A stretch of DNA of 64,000 nt, from the NCBI GenBank assembly GCA_028534125.1, contig CM052818.1, positions 46,936,001-47,000,000 on the forward strand. The letters are read 5' to 3'. This DNA is from Lama glama (Eukaryota). The first letter of the stretch is position 1, and every line of letters starts with the position of its first letter. The notes beneath the pieces are model-generated. The model ran no database searches and was not told the DNA's origin. It worked only from the letters and a program-made list of their open reading frames with translations. The position numbers and the translations under genes are program-made. Positions 1-13,005 of this stretch are shown here, piece after piece.

Positions 1-327
1 TGGGCAGCAGCCTGGTGTTTCTGCTTTCTTAGTGGGGACCACCACTTTCTCCAAGTTACTAGGAGCTGTTCTAACAGCAGGTTAGCACTGCTGGAGGCCT
101 GGCTGGAATTTAACATGTTATTATGGGAGAGTACACCCACACGGATGAACACTTTTGCACACTTAGGCTCTGCCCAGCTCTATCAGCCCCATATGCACCC
201 TGATTCTTGTCAATGCCTTGCCAGGTCCTACAGAGTCTTGCCTCCCAGTTCAGGTCTAGCACATTCCTCACTGGCTGCTGCTGTGATCTGTGTGTGGGAG
301 GGCAGGTGGGCTCATTTTAAAAGACAA

Positions 328-875
328 AAGCAACATTTACAATATGCTAAGACATGGAAGCAACCTAAATGTCCATCAACAGATGACTGGATAAAGAAGA
401 TGTGGTATATATATACAATGGAATATTACTCAGCCATAAAAAACAGTGAAATCATGCCATTTGCAGCAACATGGATGGACCTAGAGACGATCATACTAAG
501 TGAAGTAAGTCAGAGAAAGACAATACTATATGATACTACTTATATGTGGAATCTAAAAAATAATACAAATGAACTTATTCACCAAATCAAAACAGACCCA
601 CAGACATAGAAAATAAACTTACGGTAACCAGAGGTGAAATGGGGGAAGGACGACTAAGGAAGGAGCTTGAGATTAACAGACACATACCACTATACAGTAA
701 GTAGATAAACAACAAGGATTTACTGTATAGCACAGGGAACTATATTCAGTATCTTGTAATAACATATAATGGAAAAGAATCGAAGAAAGAAATATACATC
801 TAAAACTGAATCACTTTGCTGTGCACCGGAAACTAACATAACATCCTAAATCAACTATAGTTCAATAAAAAAAAT
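328..875 (+). mobile_element. 5'-truncated LINE-1 (ORF2 C-terminus, 3'UTR, polyA)
   Basis: Translation AKTWKQPKCPSTDDWIKKMWYIYTMEYYSAIK...MPFAATWMDLE is the L1 ORF2 C-terminus. It is followed by the artiodactyl-type 3'UTR (tatagcacagggaactatattca...aatcaactat) and aataaa plus an A-tail. Confidence 0.95.
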
Positions 876-2173
876 TTCAGGCTCTCTCTCAGCTTTGTGG
901 ATCTCCAGTTCACGTACAAAACATTCAAGGGAACTCAGTCCTTCCCAAGTGGAAACTGTCTAGTACACCCCTCATGTGTGGGCCTGGCAAGAAATCACAA
1001 GCTGAACAGGTACTGACTGCATTAATTTCCTCATATTAAAAAAAAAAATCTCTTTAAGGAAACCGCAAACCTTAGAGTTATCCTTTGCACAGGAAAATCA
1101 CAGAGAGGCTGGCTGGCATGGTTGCTGTCTCTTTTTTATATGCAAAAGCCAATGCATAGAGCAATTAATCTTTTGTCTATGTGAGACTTTCATATTCAGA
1201 TGTTTACTTTTCACACCCAAACTCCCTACTCTTTTGTGCACTGAATAGTGGTTCTGGATTTCTAATTACTCAGTCTCTTTGCAACTTTTGAACCCACCTT
1301 TCTTCTCACCTTCTCCTTTTCTTTCAGGAAGTGCTCATGAAAGCAGAATTCTTATTTTCATTGATTTGAACTCCCCGTTGTGCAGGATGCTCTGTTTGGT
1401 CCTGGGCAATTGTAGTGTAGATACAGTTTCCTCAAGATTCCTACGGGGAAGGATCGGCTTTTTGTAACCACTCCTTTCAAGCGAGATTTTGTTTTTAATA
1501 ATAATAAAAATTATTTATAGGAAGGCTCCCGGGGAGTGGCTGTCAGGCCACACAGCTTGTGTGGAGGATACCTGAAGTGTTCACTTCCCTTCCTTTTCAC
1601 GTGTTTCCAGCTGATTTCTTTTTAGTTGTGCTGCGTTAATTAAGTTTGGTCACTCTAGGAAATAGCCATTCTTGCATTCACGGCCTTTGGAAAGTAATGA
1701 AATCAACAGGGGATAGGGTTGCCTGCTCTGAGCATTTGGTTCCTGGGCGGAAGGAAGGGACGATAGCATCATCATCTTTGAGTTGTCTGGGTTTGGCACT
1801 TACTCAGGGCTCCGCCGAGAACTGGAGAAATGAAGGAATGAGTGAGTAAAAGAAGGGATGGGTGAACAGCAGGGGGGCATTAAGGGTTGTTTGTGTTAAC
1901 TCTGCAGTGGTGACTGTGCTGGCTCTTTGTACCAGCACTTCTCCATTTGGTTAGAATTTCATTCTTATTTAAATTTCCCTCCGGCTCTCCCTTCCTTCCC
2001 CTCCCTCCCTCCCTTCCTTCCCTTCTTCCTTCTGCCTCTCCTTTGGGGCAGGATCTCAGTATCAGTGAGCCATTAGCTCACACACGTTGAACCCTTAGCT
2101 TCACAGCTCCATTAAGACTTCCTTCCTCTCACCCACTATGCTGACACCCTAAGTTTTACGTAACGTCCCCAAA

Positions 2174-2438
2174 CAGGACCAGTTTACGTTAGGGACAGTG
2201 CCTGAGGCCCACAATACTTTTAAGGGTCTATGAAATGTTTTTACATATATATATTTTTGAGTTAGAATAGAAACAGCTATCTTTAGATTGAAGAACATGT
2301 TTTAATATACGATAATGACGTATTTATATTTTTATGAACACATAGTAAAATATAATTTTTAATATCATTTTATGGAGAAAACAGCCAATGGAGGGGGGGA
2401 AACATGCCAGGAGCCCACGAAGTCATCACGAGGCCCTG
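2174..2438 (-). mobile_element. ORSL-like hAT-Tip100 non-autonomous DNA transposon
   Basis: Termini caggacc.../...ggccctg; internal acagtgcctgaggcccacaatactttta and gtaaaatataatttttaatat...ggagcccacgaagtcat match the remembered ORSL consensus. Confidence 0.65.
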
Positions 2439-2467
2439 ACCCGAGGCTTCACATCTTTTGATGCAGC

Positions 2468-2790
2468 CTGTGGTTGACAAGCCTGGCTGGACGTCACAGT
2501 TCCCTGGGGATTTTTTTTTAGAAAGCTTAGCCCCACCTCATTCTTAGGGATTCTGAATTAATATGTCTGGGGTGGCTGCCAGGCACTGGATGTTTAAAGC
2601 CCCTCAGGATATTTGTGGTCAGGGCTGAACCAATGGCTCAGGTGCTAGGTGCTTACAGACCCCATTGTGCGTAGTGATCCCCTGGGAGCCTGGCACCTGC
2701 GGGCTCTGAGTCAGCTGGCCTGGGGGAGGGACCGGGGCCCTGGGTCTCTAACAAGCTCTCAGGTGATGACGTTGCTGGTTCTACCCGCCC
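2468..2790. mobile_element. Two adjacent MER5-family (hAT-Charlie) relics
   Basis: gattctgaattaat..tctggggtgg; ctctgagtcagctggcctggggg...ctaacaagctctcaggtgatg. Confidence 0.6.
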
Positions 2791-2904
2791 GGTAGCAGGT
2801 TCTGGAGCCTGGGCTCTGAGTGGAAGGAACACGCTGTTCTCTGCCTGTGGCTTCTGGAGCCTGGGTGGTGACCGTCGCTGCCCTTCACTGAGACCCGCTG
2901 CTTG

Positions 2905-3045
2905 CCGGTCACTACTTCTAATCTCACAGCCGTCTTATGTGGGAGGTGGTATTATCTCTGTTTTACAGATGAAAAAACTGGGGTTCAAAGAAGTTAAGCC
3001 TGGAGGCTTACTTTGATGGGTGGTGCTGGGATTCCAACCAGAGCT
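2905..3045 (-). mobile_element. MIR SINE
   Basis: MIR core tattatctctgttttacagatgaaaaaactgggg..agaagttaag. Confidence 0.8.
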
Positions 3046-4017
3046 GAGAGGCGCCCTGTCCGTGGTCCTTCCCTGGCGCCGCGCTGCCTCCAGAACCCTG
3101 AGTGGCCTCCCTGATGGGATGCTGACCGCCCGCAACCAAGGGGCCATGGTATTCACGCCCACGGTTTTACATAAAATAGACGTAGCTTCAAAACAAAATA
3201 AAAGTCAAAGAGTGGAAACTAAAGTACTCAGCTAACCAAATTCTTTTCGGTGTTGCCTAATTCCAGCCTGATATGTACCCTAATGCCCAGTTCATTCCCC
3301 AGCATTGCAGCGGAGAGCATCATTTCCCTGCTCACATCCTGGCTAAACTCTCTGACCAATGGCCAAGGCCCACTGCCGTCTGGCTTTACCCGCCGTACAA
3401 GCAGCCCTTCATTCACTCCCCCAGCCACTCACTCAGCAATGATTGTCGAGCACCTGCTCTCAGGTAAGGTCCTCTTCTGTGTGCTGGGCCTCCTGCTGTA
3501 TGGAGGGGCCAGTGGTGTTCGGGTGATCTGCACAACTTATAAATTATTAGTTTATTCCACACGAAATTTAATTTTCTCACCATAAGTTCAGCAGAATAAC
3601 TAAATTATTCTACTTAAGATTTCCAGAAGGTTTGTGTTCTATTAACGGTGACGATCTAAGTAATGAAAATACAAATGCGGTGTTTTCAAAGTCTACAAAA
3701 TTTGAATACATCATCGTTAATGTATACATTAAAAAGACTTAAAATCCAAGATATGAAAGTTATTTTTATATATCCCTTCAAAGAATTTTTTTCTTCCAAA
3801 TTTGTTAAAATTACCTGCACAAAAGCAAAGTCTGGATTCCAATGAATAATTTCAAGGATTAACATGAACATTATTTTAACATAACTGAAATCTTTCATTG
3901 CTTTTTGAAGAGTAAATTAAAATCTCATTCTTATTATGGTTTTTAATAGGAGAGAGAAATCTTCACAAGTCTAGCATTCCATACTCATGGGGTTGCCCCT
4001 GTAAAGAGTTAGTATCA

Positions 4018-4247
4018 TTTTTTTAAATTGAAGTATACAGTCAGTTACAATGTGTCAATGTCTGGTACACAATACAATGTCCCAGTCATGCATATATATA
4101 CATATATTCGGTTTCATATTCTTTTTCATTAAAGATTATTATAAGATATTGAATATAGATCCTTGTGCTGTACAGAAGAGATCTGTATAGATAGAAATTT
4201 GTATAGAAAGAAGTAGATAAAAATCTATTTTTATATACAGTGGTTAA
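4018..4247 (-). mobile_element. LINE-1 3'UTR fragment
   Basis: polyT + aattgaagtatacagtcagttacaatgtgtca...ttcatattctttttcatt...gatattgaatatag. Confidence 0.9.
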
Positions 4248-5439
4248 CTTCTCTGCTGTGTTCCTGAGCTTGGCTTGTGAGCCTACGTGGCCTGGGCCCC
4301 CCCAGGCGTCAGAACTTCCCACCCACTCCGCTCGGGCTAATCGGGCCAAACACACGACAGCGTCTTGAATGTGATCTGCTGTTACCTCTGCCTCCAAGGC
4401 CCATTTTCTATCTACTTGCTTCCCCCACACCCTCCCAAACCAGCTCTAGCTTCTTTGCTTCTGTACAAGAAGAACTTTCCGACTTTCCTTGGAACCACCA
4501 CCCTGCATGGCAGCATCAAGCCAGAACTGTAACAGAAAACATCCCTGGAGAAATGGAGAGGAGTCTTGTTTTGGTACCACTGGTGTCCCTGCCCCCCAGG
4601 AGCTCCTGGTCTGGGGCCGTGTTGCTCAAACTTGAGAAACAGAGTGACTCTTTTTAAAGGACAAAAAAGCCTCCAACACCTGGTGTTGTTTTGAACAAGT
4701 TCTGTTTGTACAAACACAACTAGGAGTCGACCTTCTGAATTGCTTGTAGTTCCCACATTTCTATAAAATAAAACAATTTTTCGAGTTAGGTGTGAACCAA
4801 ACTGAAATCCACTAAAGTTCAAGTTCATGTGATGATGCTTTGCTGACGCACATGGGTCCTGGGGCTGGCAGCCGAGCCAGGCCCTGGTGAGTTTGGCCTT
4901 GATCCCTGCCCGGCTTGGGGTGACTCAGCCCTCCCACTGGAGGCCTCTATTTGAACTGCTGTGAAGCTTTCACTCACACAGGACTCGGTGATGTCACTCA
5001 ACCTTTCACTCTGCTCTCCTGCATCACTTGTGTATCAGGTCAGCCTCGGCTCTTCTCCCCAGAGCTCGGCGTGCCGGCCCCGCCGTAGACACAGGGGCGG
5101 CGGCACAGGTGCTGAGACAGCCTGGTTATTGGGAGACCTGCCAGGTGACGCAGAAAAGGCAAAGACAGCATCTTCTTTTAAGACGATGATCACAATGACA
5201 ACAGGGAATTTTATCTTTTTCTAAGAAGAGCAGTAGACCGCTGAGACTATGTCCCGGGATCTGAGCCTGTCCAGTGTCAGTCCAGTGACTCGATGGCACG
5301 TGCTCCAGGCTGTTCCCATTTCAGGCCTGCTGCTTCCTTGTTATTGGTTCTCTCCATTCTTCTTTTGCTGTGAGGAACGATGGCCCCAGACTTAGGTCCT
5401 GAGCACCAATCTTGAGTCACCTGCTTTGTGCCTTTGCCT

Positions 5440-5700
5440 CCCCCTCCTGTCTCCCTGGAATCCTTCTGTCCCTTTATCCCTGTTGAAATGCTCTCCTTCT
5501 TCAGGGAGACCAGCTCAGATTGGACTTCCTCCAGGAAGCCCTCTCTGCTGTCGACTTGGTTCTTTTCCGTCGTGGCACTGACCTTGAACAACCACGTGGG
5601 ATCCGTGCATCTCCTGCTCTGACTCCGGTCTTCCCTCCAATGGACCCGGCAGTGTCAGCACCCGCCAGGTGCTCAGGGAGCCTTTGGAATTTAGCTGGAT
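5440..5700 (+). mobile_element. L2 3' fragment
   Basis: acttcctccaggaagccctctctg...cagcacccgccaggtgctcag. Confidence 0.5.
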
Positions 5701-6904
5701 TCGCGGGTCTCTCTTCAGCATCTTGGATCATCCACGGGATGAGTGAAACGCTGTTGGGCGAACAGGGTCTCCTAAGCTGAGTTTCATACAACTTTGCAAC
5801 ACCGACGTGGTGAGGACGACCCAGGAAGAGTCTTGAAAAGGGGCACATCTGTCATGAACTGTGTGTGAGTGTGTGTGTGAGTGTGTGTGTGTTTGAGGAT
5901 GTGCACATTTCACCGCATCCCTGAGGTGAGCGTACCTGCAGGCGGAGGTGAGGACAACAGGAAGACATTCATTCCACCCAGGGAAGTGCCCCCTCTCCAG
6001 TTCCCCTCCACATTCCTTCCCTATTTTGTCTCCTCCTTCCCCCGGCGGGATTAGTGGTGAACAAAAAGGGGCAGTACGAAGCTCTTGAGGAACTTTTCTT
6101 ATTGGCAATGCTTAAAATGAATTGTATGTGGTGATTTACTGGGTGGACTTGCCCTGCCACCATCCTTTGATGTGTGATACCCTAATCACACCCTCAGGGT
6201 GTTGCCAGACACAGGGCGTTTCTGAGCATCTCTTAGTCCCAAATGGTGTGATCATATCTCAGACTATTCATAACCCTCCAGGGTTTTGTTTTTGTTTTTT
6301 TTTAAACTGGTATAAATCAATCAATTATTTAAGGCAATCGCTTTGATCATTACCAGCTGCCAGTGTGTGGTGGAGAAGCTTAGCTGTTCTCGGGGAGCTC
6401 CCTCCCCGCCCAGCGTGTGGCACAGCCCTGCCCTTCAGCGGGGACACCTTATCATCACCCATCCTGCTGTGGCCAGCAGTTCTCAAGTCGGTCACTGGGC
6501 ACCCCTTGGAACACAGCACCGTGGGCTGCATGGAATTCCCGCAGGTGGCCCTTCATCTGAGCAGCTGCGATGCGGGTGACCCGTGCCCCCTTCAAAGGGC
6601 AGCCCAGGTGGAGCTGCTCCTGCCTGCCTGGGAATTCTCGCGGTCTGGTTTCTGAAGCGACACTTAACATTGGTTGGACGAAAGGAGTCTGGGGGTGGCT
6701 TGGGATCTGTATAAATTAGCATTTACATCATATTAATGAGGTGCTAATTGCTCTTGCAATCTTTTGAATGCAAATTAATCTAGTCCTGTTTGCATCGTCA
6801 GGTACCCAGTGTAATAGCTTCTAGCCTTTCCATTGTTGTCCAAGTGATGATCGGGCGAGCCCGTTAACAAGGAAGGTGTCAGCTCACCACTGCACACTGA
6901 GTGC

Positions 6905-7160
6905 TTTGGAGGGGGATGGGGAGGGCTAAAATGGGAGTTTGGGATTTGTGGATAATAACTACTATATATAAAATAGACGGACAACAAAGTCCTACTGGCA
7001 CAGGGAACTATATTCAATACCTTGTAATGGCCTGTAATGAAAAAGAATATGAAAAGGAATATATGTGTATATGGGTACGTGAATCACAATGCTGTGCACT
7101 GGAAATCAGCACAACATTGTAAATCAACTAGGCTTCAGTTTAAAAACAAAAAGGAAGAAA
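6905..7160 (+). mobile_element. LINE-1 3'UTR fragment
   Basis: gggagtttgggattt...ctatatataaaatag...cacagggaactatattcaatacc...aaaaagaatatgaaaaggaat...aaatcaact + A-rich tail. Confidence 0.92.
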
Positions 7161-7402
7161 AAGTTAAATTGACCCCAGGGAGGGGGCGGAAAGATTGTTC
7201 CACCATTGTTAGGGTCATTTTAAAGTCACAGTCTCTCCCAAGGAAAGGGGTGTTTGGAAGGTACTGCCGTTACATCCGTGCGTAGGATTCGTGTGGATGG
7301 GATCCGCCAGCCGGCCCTGAGCAAGCGGCACCGGGGGTCCCAGGAGGCTGAGCTCGCGAAGCCCGTGGAGGTCCGCATCCTCGTCTGTCTCCTCTCTGCT
7401 TG

Positions 7403-7415
7403 CCTTTCTTTCTTC

Positions 7416-7509
<94 letters not shown>

Positions 7510-7536
7510 CTTTCTTTCTCTCTTTCTTTCTTTCTC

Positions 7537-7579
<43 letters not shown>

Positions 7580-7800
7580 CTCTTTCTTTCTCTCTTTCTT
7601 TCTCTCTTTCTTTCTTTCCTTCTTTCTTTCCTTCTTTCCTTCTTTCTTTCCTTCTTTCTTTCCTTCTTTCTTCTTTCCTTCCTTCCTTCCTTCCTTCCTT
7701 CCTTCTTTTCTCTCTCTCTCCCTCCCTTCCTCCCTCTCTCCCTTCCTTCCTTCCTTTCTCTCTTTCTCTATTTCTCTCCTTCTCTCTTTCTCTTTTCTTT
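7403..7800. repeat. Compound (TTTC)n/(TTCC)n/(TC)n polypyrimidine microsatellite
   Basis: About 400 nt of almost pure C/T on the + strand, with one A at 7770. Confidence 0.99.
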
Positions 7801-7810
7801 GTATATATAT

Positions 7811-7862
7811 ATTTTTGTTGAAGTATAGTCACTTTACGATGCTGTGTCAATTTCTGCTGTGT
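7811..7862 (-). mobile_element. Tiny LINE-1 3' terminal fragment
   Basis: ttttgttgaagtatagtcactttacgatgctgtgtcaatttctg is the reverse complement of the L1 3' terminus seen in the other copies. Confidence 0.75.
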
Positions 7863-8634
7863 GACATACTGAGCGGTTGGAGGGACTGGGCCACTCTGGC
7901 ACCAGAGGCAAAACTAAGACTAGGTGCCCTTTTACACTTAGCAGAAAGTCCTCCCATGTTTTGAACCCAGCAGAAATTAAATAGAAATTCTACAAAAAAA
8001 CAAAAACAAACAAAAACAAACTGTGACTCCATATAGCCCCACATTGTCTGGTCTGGGTTCACCCACCGTCGGCCCTCAGGGAGGTGTTGGGGACAAGGGG
8101 GCTCGGCCCACCGTCATGGTGGTGGGGCCACGGGAGCCACGCCAGGCCAGAAACTGCTGTCTCAGAAACCACAGACTCAAACAAAGACTGCCTGTCTTCA
8201 TTTACAAAGTGTGTGATGTTTTGTTCAGGATGGACTTTGACTTTCATTTTTATGTTTGAAATGATTGCATTAAGAACATTTGTCTTGATGATGAAGAGGC
8301 GGGATCTTCGCTGCACAGCGCCTCCCTTTCCGCCCCTCCTCCTGCTCGGAGCTGAACGGGCCACGGTGCTGAGCTGCTGGCAGGGATGACAGCCCTGGTT
8401 TAGACGGGGTATCGCATGGGGAGTTTGGGATTCCAGGTCTTTCCTGGGCTTCTCACCTTCTTATACATTTGGGGAAAGTCTCAGCGTCTCTGTTATCTCG
8501 GAAAGTGAGGGGCAGGTCATCTGGCTGTGTGTTTATAGAGGGGGCTATTTTAAATCTCCTTAGACAGAGGTGAGGTTTTATAAACAGTAAAAATAATTCT
8601 CCAGATAAAACTGGCGTCACCTGAGAACACGTGA

Positions 8635-8825
8635 TGTTGGAAGTGCACTTGGGTTTGGGTAGCGTCTGGGCTTGAACTTGGCGCTTCCAGCTTTTAGCTT
8701 AGTTATTCAAGATTGTTGAGCCTGTTTTCTCATCAGTAAATGAAAATAGTGCCTATTTATAGGGTTATTACAAGGAGCCAGTACAACAATCTGGGCAAAG
8801 AGTCTGGCATCCTCTAGACTCCGCA
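8635..8825 (+). mobile_element. MIR SINE
   Basis: gagcctgttttctcatcagtaaatgaaaatagtgcctatttatagggttatt. Confidence 0.7.
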
Positions 8826-10899
8826 AGTTTCTGGTTCCCCTGTTCATCTGAAACCAGACCTGTGTTCAGAACTGAATTCTTAATTCACGCCCCAGCAAAC
8901 GGACGTTTGGTCTTTTATTGATTCCATCACCCAGTCAGTGGATTCTAGCTGTTGGAGGTCACTGTGTTTCCCGGGCCCCGGGCCCCGAGACTCCCGTGTG
9001 GTCTCGCGCTCCAGCAGGCCCCCCACGCAGGCCCCCCACGCAGGCCCCCCTCTGTTAATCCTGGGCGAATTCGGGGCTCCTTAGGGGTGCAGGGGCGGCC
9101 CCTGCTTTTGTCCCCGGGGGGTCTCCCTTCATCCTCCTTTCCTGCTCTAGCTGTTTTTGGGAGACCTTTGCACGTCGCAGAGCCCCATCCGGGCTTCACG
9201 ATGGCTCTGGGAGGCACCCCGCCGCTGTGGGGGAGGGGCACCCCGCGAGGCAGGCCCGGCACCACGGGAGGCGGTCCTGCTGTGTCCAAGTCACCCTGTG
9301 TTCCCTGCAGGCATGGGGGGGGGCGGGGAGGCTGCTTTCCAGGTTTCGGACTGTGGGGACTTTACAGCTCAGTCCTGTCTTGTGGGACTTCCCTTGGTGA
9401 CAGATACCACAATCTAGTGGCCCCAACCCCATGTCCAATCCCCTTTAGGTTTGCTTCCTTGCAGCGGGGAGTGGCCACCTGCTCTAGTGCCGCCCGAAGG
9501 GACGAAAGGAAGCAGGGTTTGTTTAGAGTTCCTGAACACTTCTGCTGTGGGTTGACTTCCCTTTTCTTTCTGATGGAACAAACGCAGATGTGATAGGTGG
9601 GGCAGTTCTCACCAAGCGGAGACCAGGAGGGAGAGGCCGCAGCTGTCTCAGAACGGGGCTGCTGAGCCAGAAAAATGAGCCCCTGATTTGCTTAAGCCGC
9701 TGTGGGTAGGTTTTCTGTCACTTTCAGCCAAAAGCTTTCCCCTCTGGTACACCACCGCCTCCTGGGATGCAGGGTGCCCCAAGAGCCCCTGGAGGAGAAA
9801 CCTGAGACCGGGCCTGTCTGGCACTGCGATGGTCACCCCGTGATCTGATGCCGCAGCTTCCCGGTCTTCTGCAGACCTGAGATGAGTCACCTGGAGGCCC
9901 TTTGGTTTTTCATGCAGATGGAGCCCTGGAGGGTCCTCCCCACAGTTCCGCCAGACCTGACCCGACTTCTCAGTCACAACCGCAGACTTTGCTTGGGCTC
10001 CAGCTGGGCCCTCCGTTCTGGAAATGCATCGTGAACTCTCAATTAGGAAAACACATGGTTTCCGCAGAGTAAATACCTGGTAGGTTTCATGGACGCCACC
10101 ATCAAATGCCAAAATACGGCCTTGTTCTAAGAAATTCTTAAAAACCTACCCTTGTCCGCTTAAAATTGGTTGATGGGATGGCAAATGGTAACCTTTGTGA
10201 AACTGGAGGGAGAAAGAGTTGCAGAGATGGAAGGAGTCACGAGCTGTGATTTTTTAAGGACGGGCCTGAGCATGTCGCAGGGAGGGATGTCACGTCCTGT
10301 CTACTTTCCAGCCCTGCTGAGGTGTGGTGATGCAGATGGTGAGGTTGGGGCCCCCAGGCTGCCCATTCCGTGCCCCTCCCTCTTTGATTCTGTGGCACCA
10401 CCTAGCCCTGGGGTCCCTCTGGCCTCCCTCGTCCCTCCTTCCAGCTGGGCCTTGCCCATAGCCAGCTGTTGGCAACTGAGCTGATCACTGAAGTGGCCAT
10501 AGGGGAACGGACAGCTGACCAGGACTCACTTCCCCAGAGATCACTGTAAGTTTTACCTCCAAGGCATGCGTAGAATTTCCAGGTACCGGGATAGACTCGG
10601 CTAAGGGGCTGTGGGGCTGTGGGGCTGTTGAGCACTGGTGAGGGGTAGAAGAATGTCACTTTTTATCAGATGGTAAAATGCAATAGCCCTCTCCAAAGTT
10701 CTGGTTATATATAAGGGTGACATATGTTTATCTAGAATAGCTCCTGATGAATCTGCTTTTTAAAACGCTCCAGACAAAACCAGTCTTCTGTAGGTTGTGG
10801 CAACTGTGGGGATGCTAATTTTGCAGAGAGCCATACACTGACTGACAGGAGGCAAAACAACCATGGGGTAGCAGGCCACTGGCTCAGAGACTGAAACTG

Positions 10900-11180
10900 G
10901 CAATGAACAGGATATGATGTGGGTGCTGGGGGGCTGAGGGTTCTTGAAACAGATACCATGAAAACAAGCTTGGGAAGGGATTCCAACCAGAGGTCACGTG
11001 GCTTGAGCAAGGGTTCCAGGGGCCTTGGAAGCACAGAGCCCCAGGAAGCTGACCTGGCTGCACTCTCGAGGGGAGAGACTGGTTGGAAGGATGCTGGGAA
11101 GGAGATGCTGCCTGAGTGGACGCAGCAGCACTGGTACAGCTCAGGCACGAAGAACCACGATGCCGTGACCTCCAGAGTGC
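10900..11180 (-). mobile_element. Degenerate L2 fragment
   Basis: Purine-rich L2-like text: ctgacctggctgcactctcgaggggagagactggttggaagg. Confidence 0.35.
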
Positions 11181-12799
11181 TCCAAAACACCCATAAAAAT
11201 CCCCTTAAATCCAACTGACACCATACTGGTCTAGGAGAAGGGGCAGGTCAAGAGGAGGAAGCCAGTCTATGGATTTTTCAATGTTGTCATTATCCTTGCA
11301 GTTTGCCTGCCTTTGAGAAATTTGCTACTTAAAGTTCCCAACGAGGCTCAAGGGACTGCACCATCGGGGGTGGGGGCTTTTCGCTCTGCTTGTCTCCAGA
11401 TGAAGCCTGATGCTTTGCACATGGTTACTGCCCAGGAGTATTTGCTGACAGGGGAAAAGTCCACCCTGGTGGACTGGAATGAGGCAAGGTTGGGGTCCAA
11501 GGGAAGACAGCCCCTGCTCCCCCTTCAGCAGTGCTGGAGGCACCGGCTTCTGGTTGCGAAATATTGTGCTGTTGAAGTCTTTCTGCCCCCAGTAGAGTCA
11601 ACTCTCTTGTGTCCAACTGGTGAGAGACAAGGCATTTCACTCCCTGGGTCAGACCTGAGCCTCTGGGGCCCCTGCCCCTGCCCAGTGATTATAGCAACAG
11701 AAGAGGGACGGTTGGAGCTCATTTTCTCAGGGTTTTCCATGAACTGTCTTGGTTGGGAACATTTGGACACCATTCCAAGTGTGGTTTTGAATAAACTGCA
11801 ATTTTTACTTGATCTACGTTTTAAAATGAGCCCCATTTGTCGAGTTCATTTGTAAACTCAGATGGATCTTTCCCTGCCCGTGGCCCGCCTCCGAACAAGC
11901 TTCCGTCGCAGCAGCAAAACCCTGGATTCCCTCTTCTGTCCTTTTCACGTGGCTCCTCCCGCCGATAAGATGGGGGCACCTTCTTGCCACCTGCAGCTTT
12001 CGTAGCACCTGGCACACTGCCAACTCTCAGAGGCATTTTGTTGGAAGTGACTCCCATGCTGAAGAGTCCTTTAAAGTGTATCTTTCATAGATGGTGTGAG
12101 GCAGATGCCTCAATTACCCAGCTACTGCCAACCAAGAAATTGACCTTGACTTCAACTGTCTCTGTGTTTAGGGCAAGAAAAATTTTTTTTGAAGCATGTA
12201 AATAACCACCCTCTGCTTCTCTGTTGGCCAAATAAACAGGTCATCGGTCTGTCCAGGTACAGTGTAGCCTGTGGGCGCTACCGGGTGAAGCCTTCACAAA
12301 ATAAGACGTGCGTATAATATCGGTCACCTTGGCTGCCCCCTCTCCACGTGTCTGCATGTGTGCGCACGTGTGTGTGTGTTGTGTGCAGACTGAGAGCCGG
12401 CACGCATGTGGCAAGACATGATGTGGCAACCCTCAGCCAGGCTAGTTCCCACGCTTCTTGCCACGCTGGGTTGCAGATGTTTTCAGAAGAAGTAGGATTA
12501 TGTACGGAGGTTTATAAAATCCTGGAAACCTGCTATGGAAAGAGAAAAGAGAAGCTCATATTTTTATTTAGCAAAGTCTTGGAGTAATTAAAATATTTTT
12601 AACATGATAGAAAGTTGAGTCAGAGTGTGAATTTAACAACATTAAATCAATTAGCACTTAGGGACTACCTTCTCTGATGGGTGAAAAGATGAACCAGGAA
12701 TGGTATCTGCTCTCAGAAAGCTGATAATTGGTTAAAGAAAAAGATACAGGTAGACACAGATGTATAGACAGGTAAACAGAGGGGAAGACAGATACAGTG

Positions 12800-13005
12800 T
12801 ACATTTAACTGAGTGTCTACTGTGTGCCAGTCTCTGCTGCCTTCACCACAGCATCGCAGTGAGTCTTCATGACTCCCCTGTGCGGCAGGTAATATTATTG
12901 CTGCTTTTTCACGTCTGAGTAACCGAGGCACAGAAAGATGACAACAGGTGTTGAGGTACACACAGCCTGTGAGCAGGAAAGCCAGAATCCAAGGCAGACT
13001 GGAGG
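12800..13005 (-). mobile_element. MIR SINE
   Basis: acatttaactgagtgtctactgtgtgccag...tgagtaaccgaggcacagaaag...ccaaggcagactgg. Confidence 0.8.

Noticed and set aside
115..609. 164-aa ORF with a protein-like C-terminus
   Set aside because: The C-terminal part is L1 ORF2 end and 3'UTR read-through, fused by chance to flanking DNA. Not a host gene.
7215..7964. Long K/E/R-rich and F/L/S-rich ORFs
   Set aside because: Translations of the (TTTC)n microsatellite.
8952..9593. 213-aa Gly/Pro-rich ORF, with a 3x13-bp tandem gcaggccccccac at 9014-9050
   Set aside because: GC-rich stop-poor sequence, non-ATG start and no recognisable domain. The tandem is a trivial slippage.
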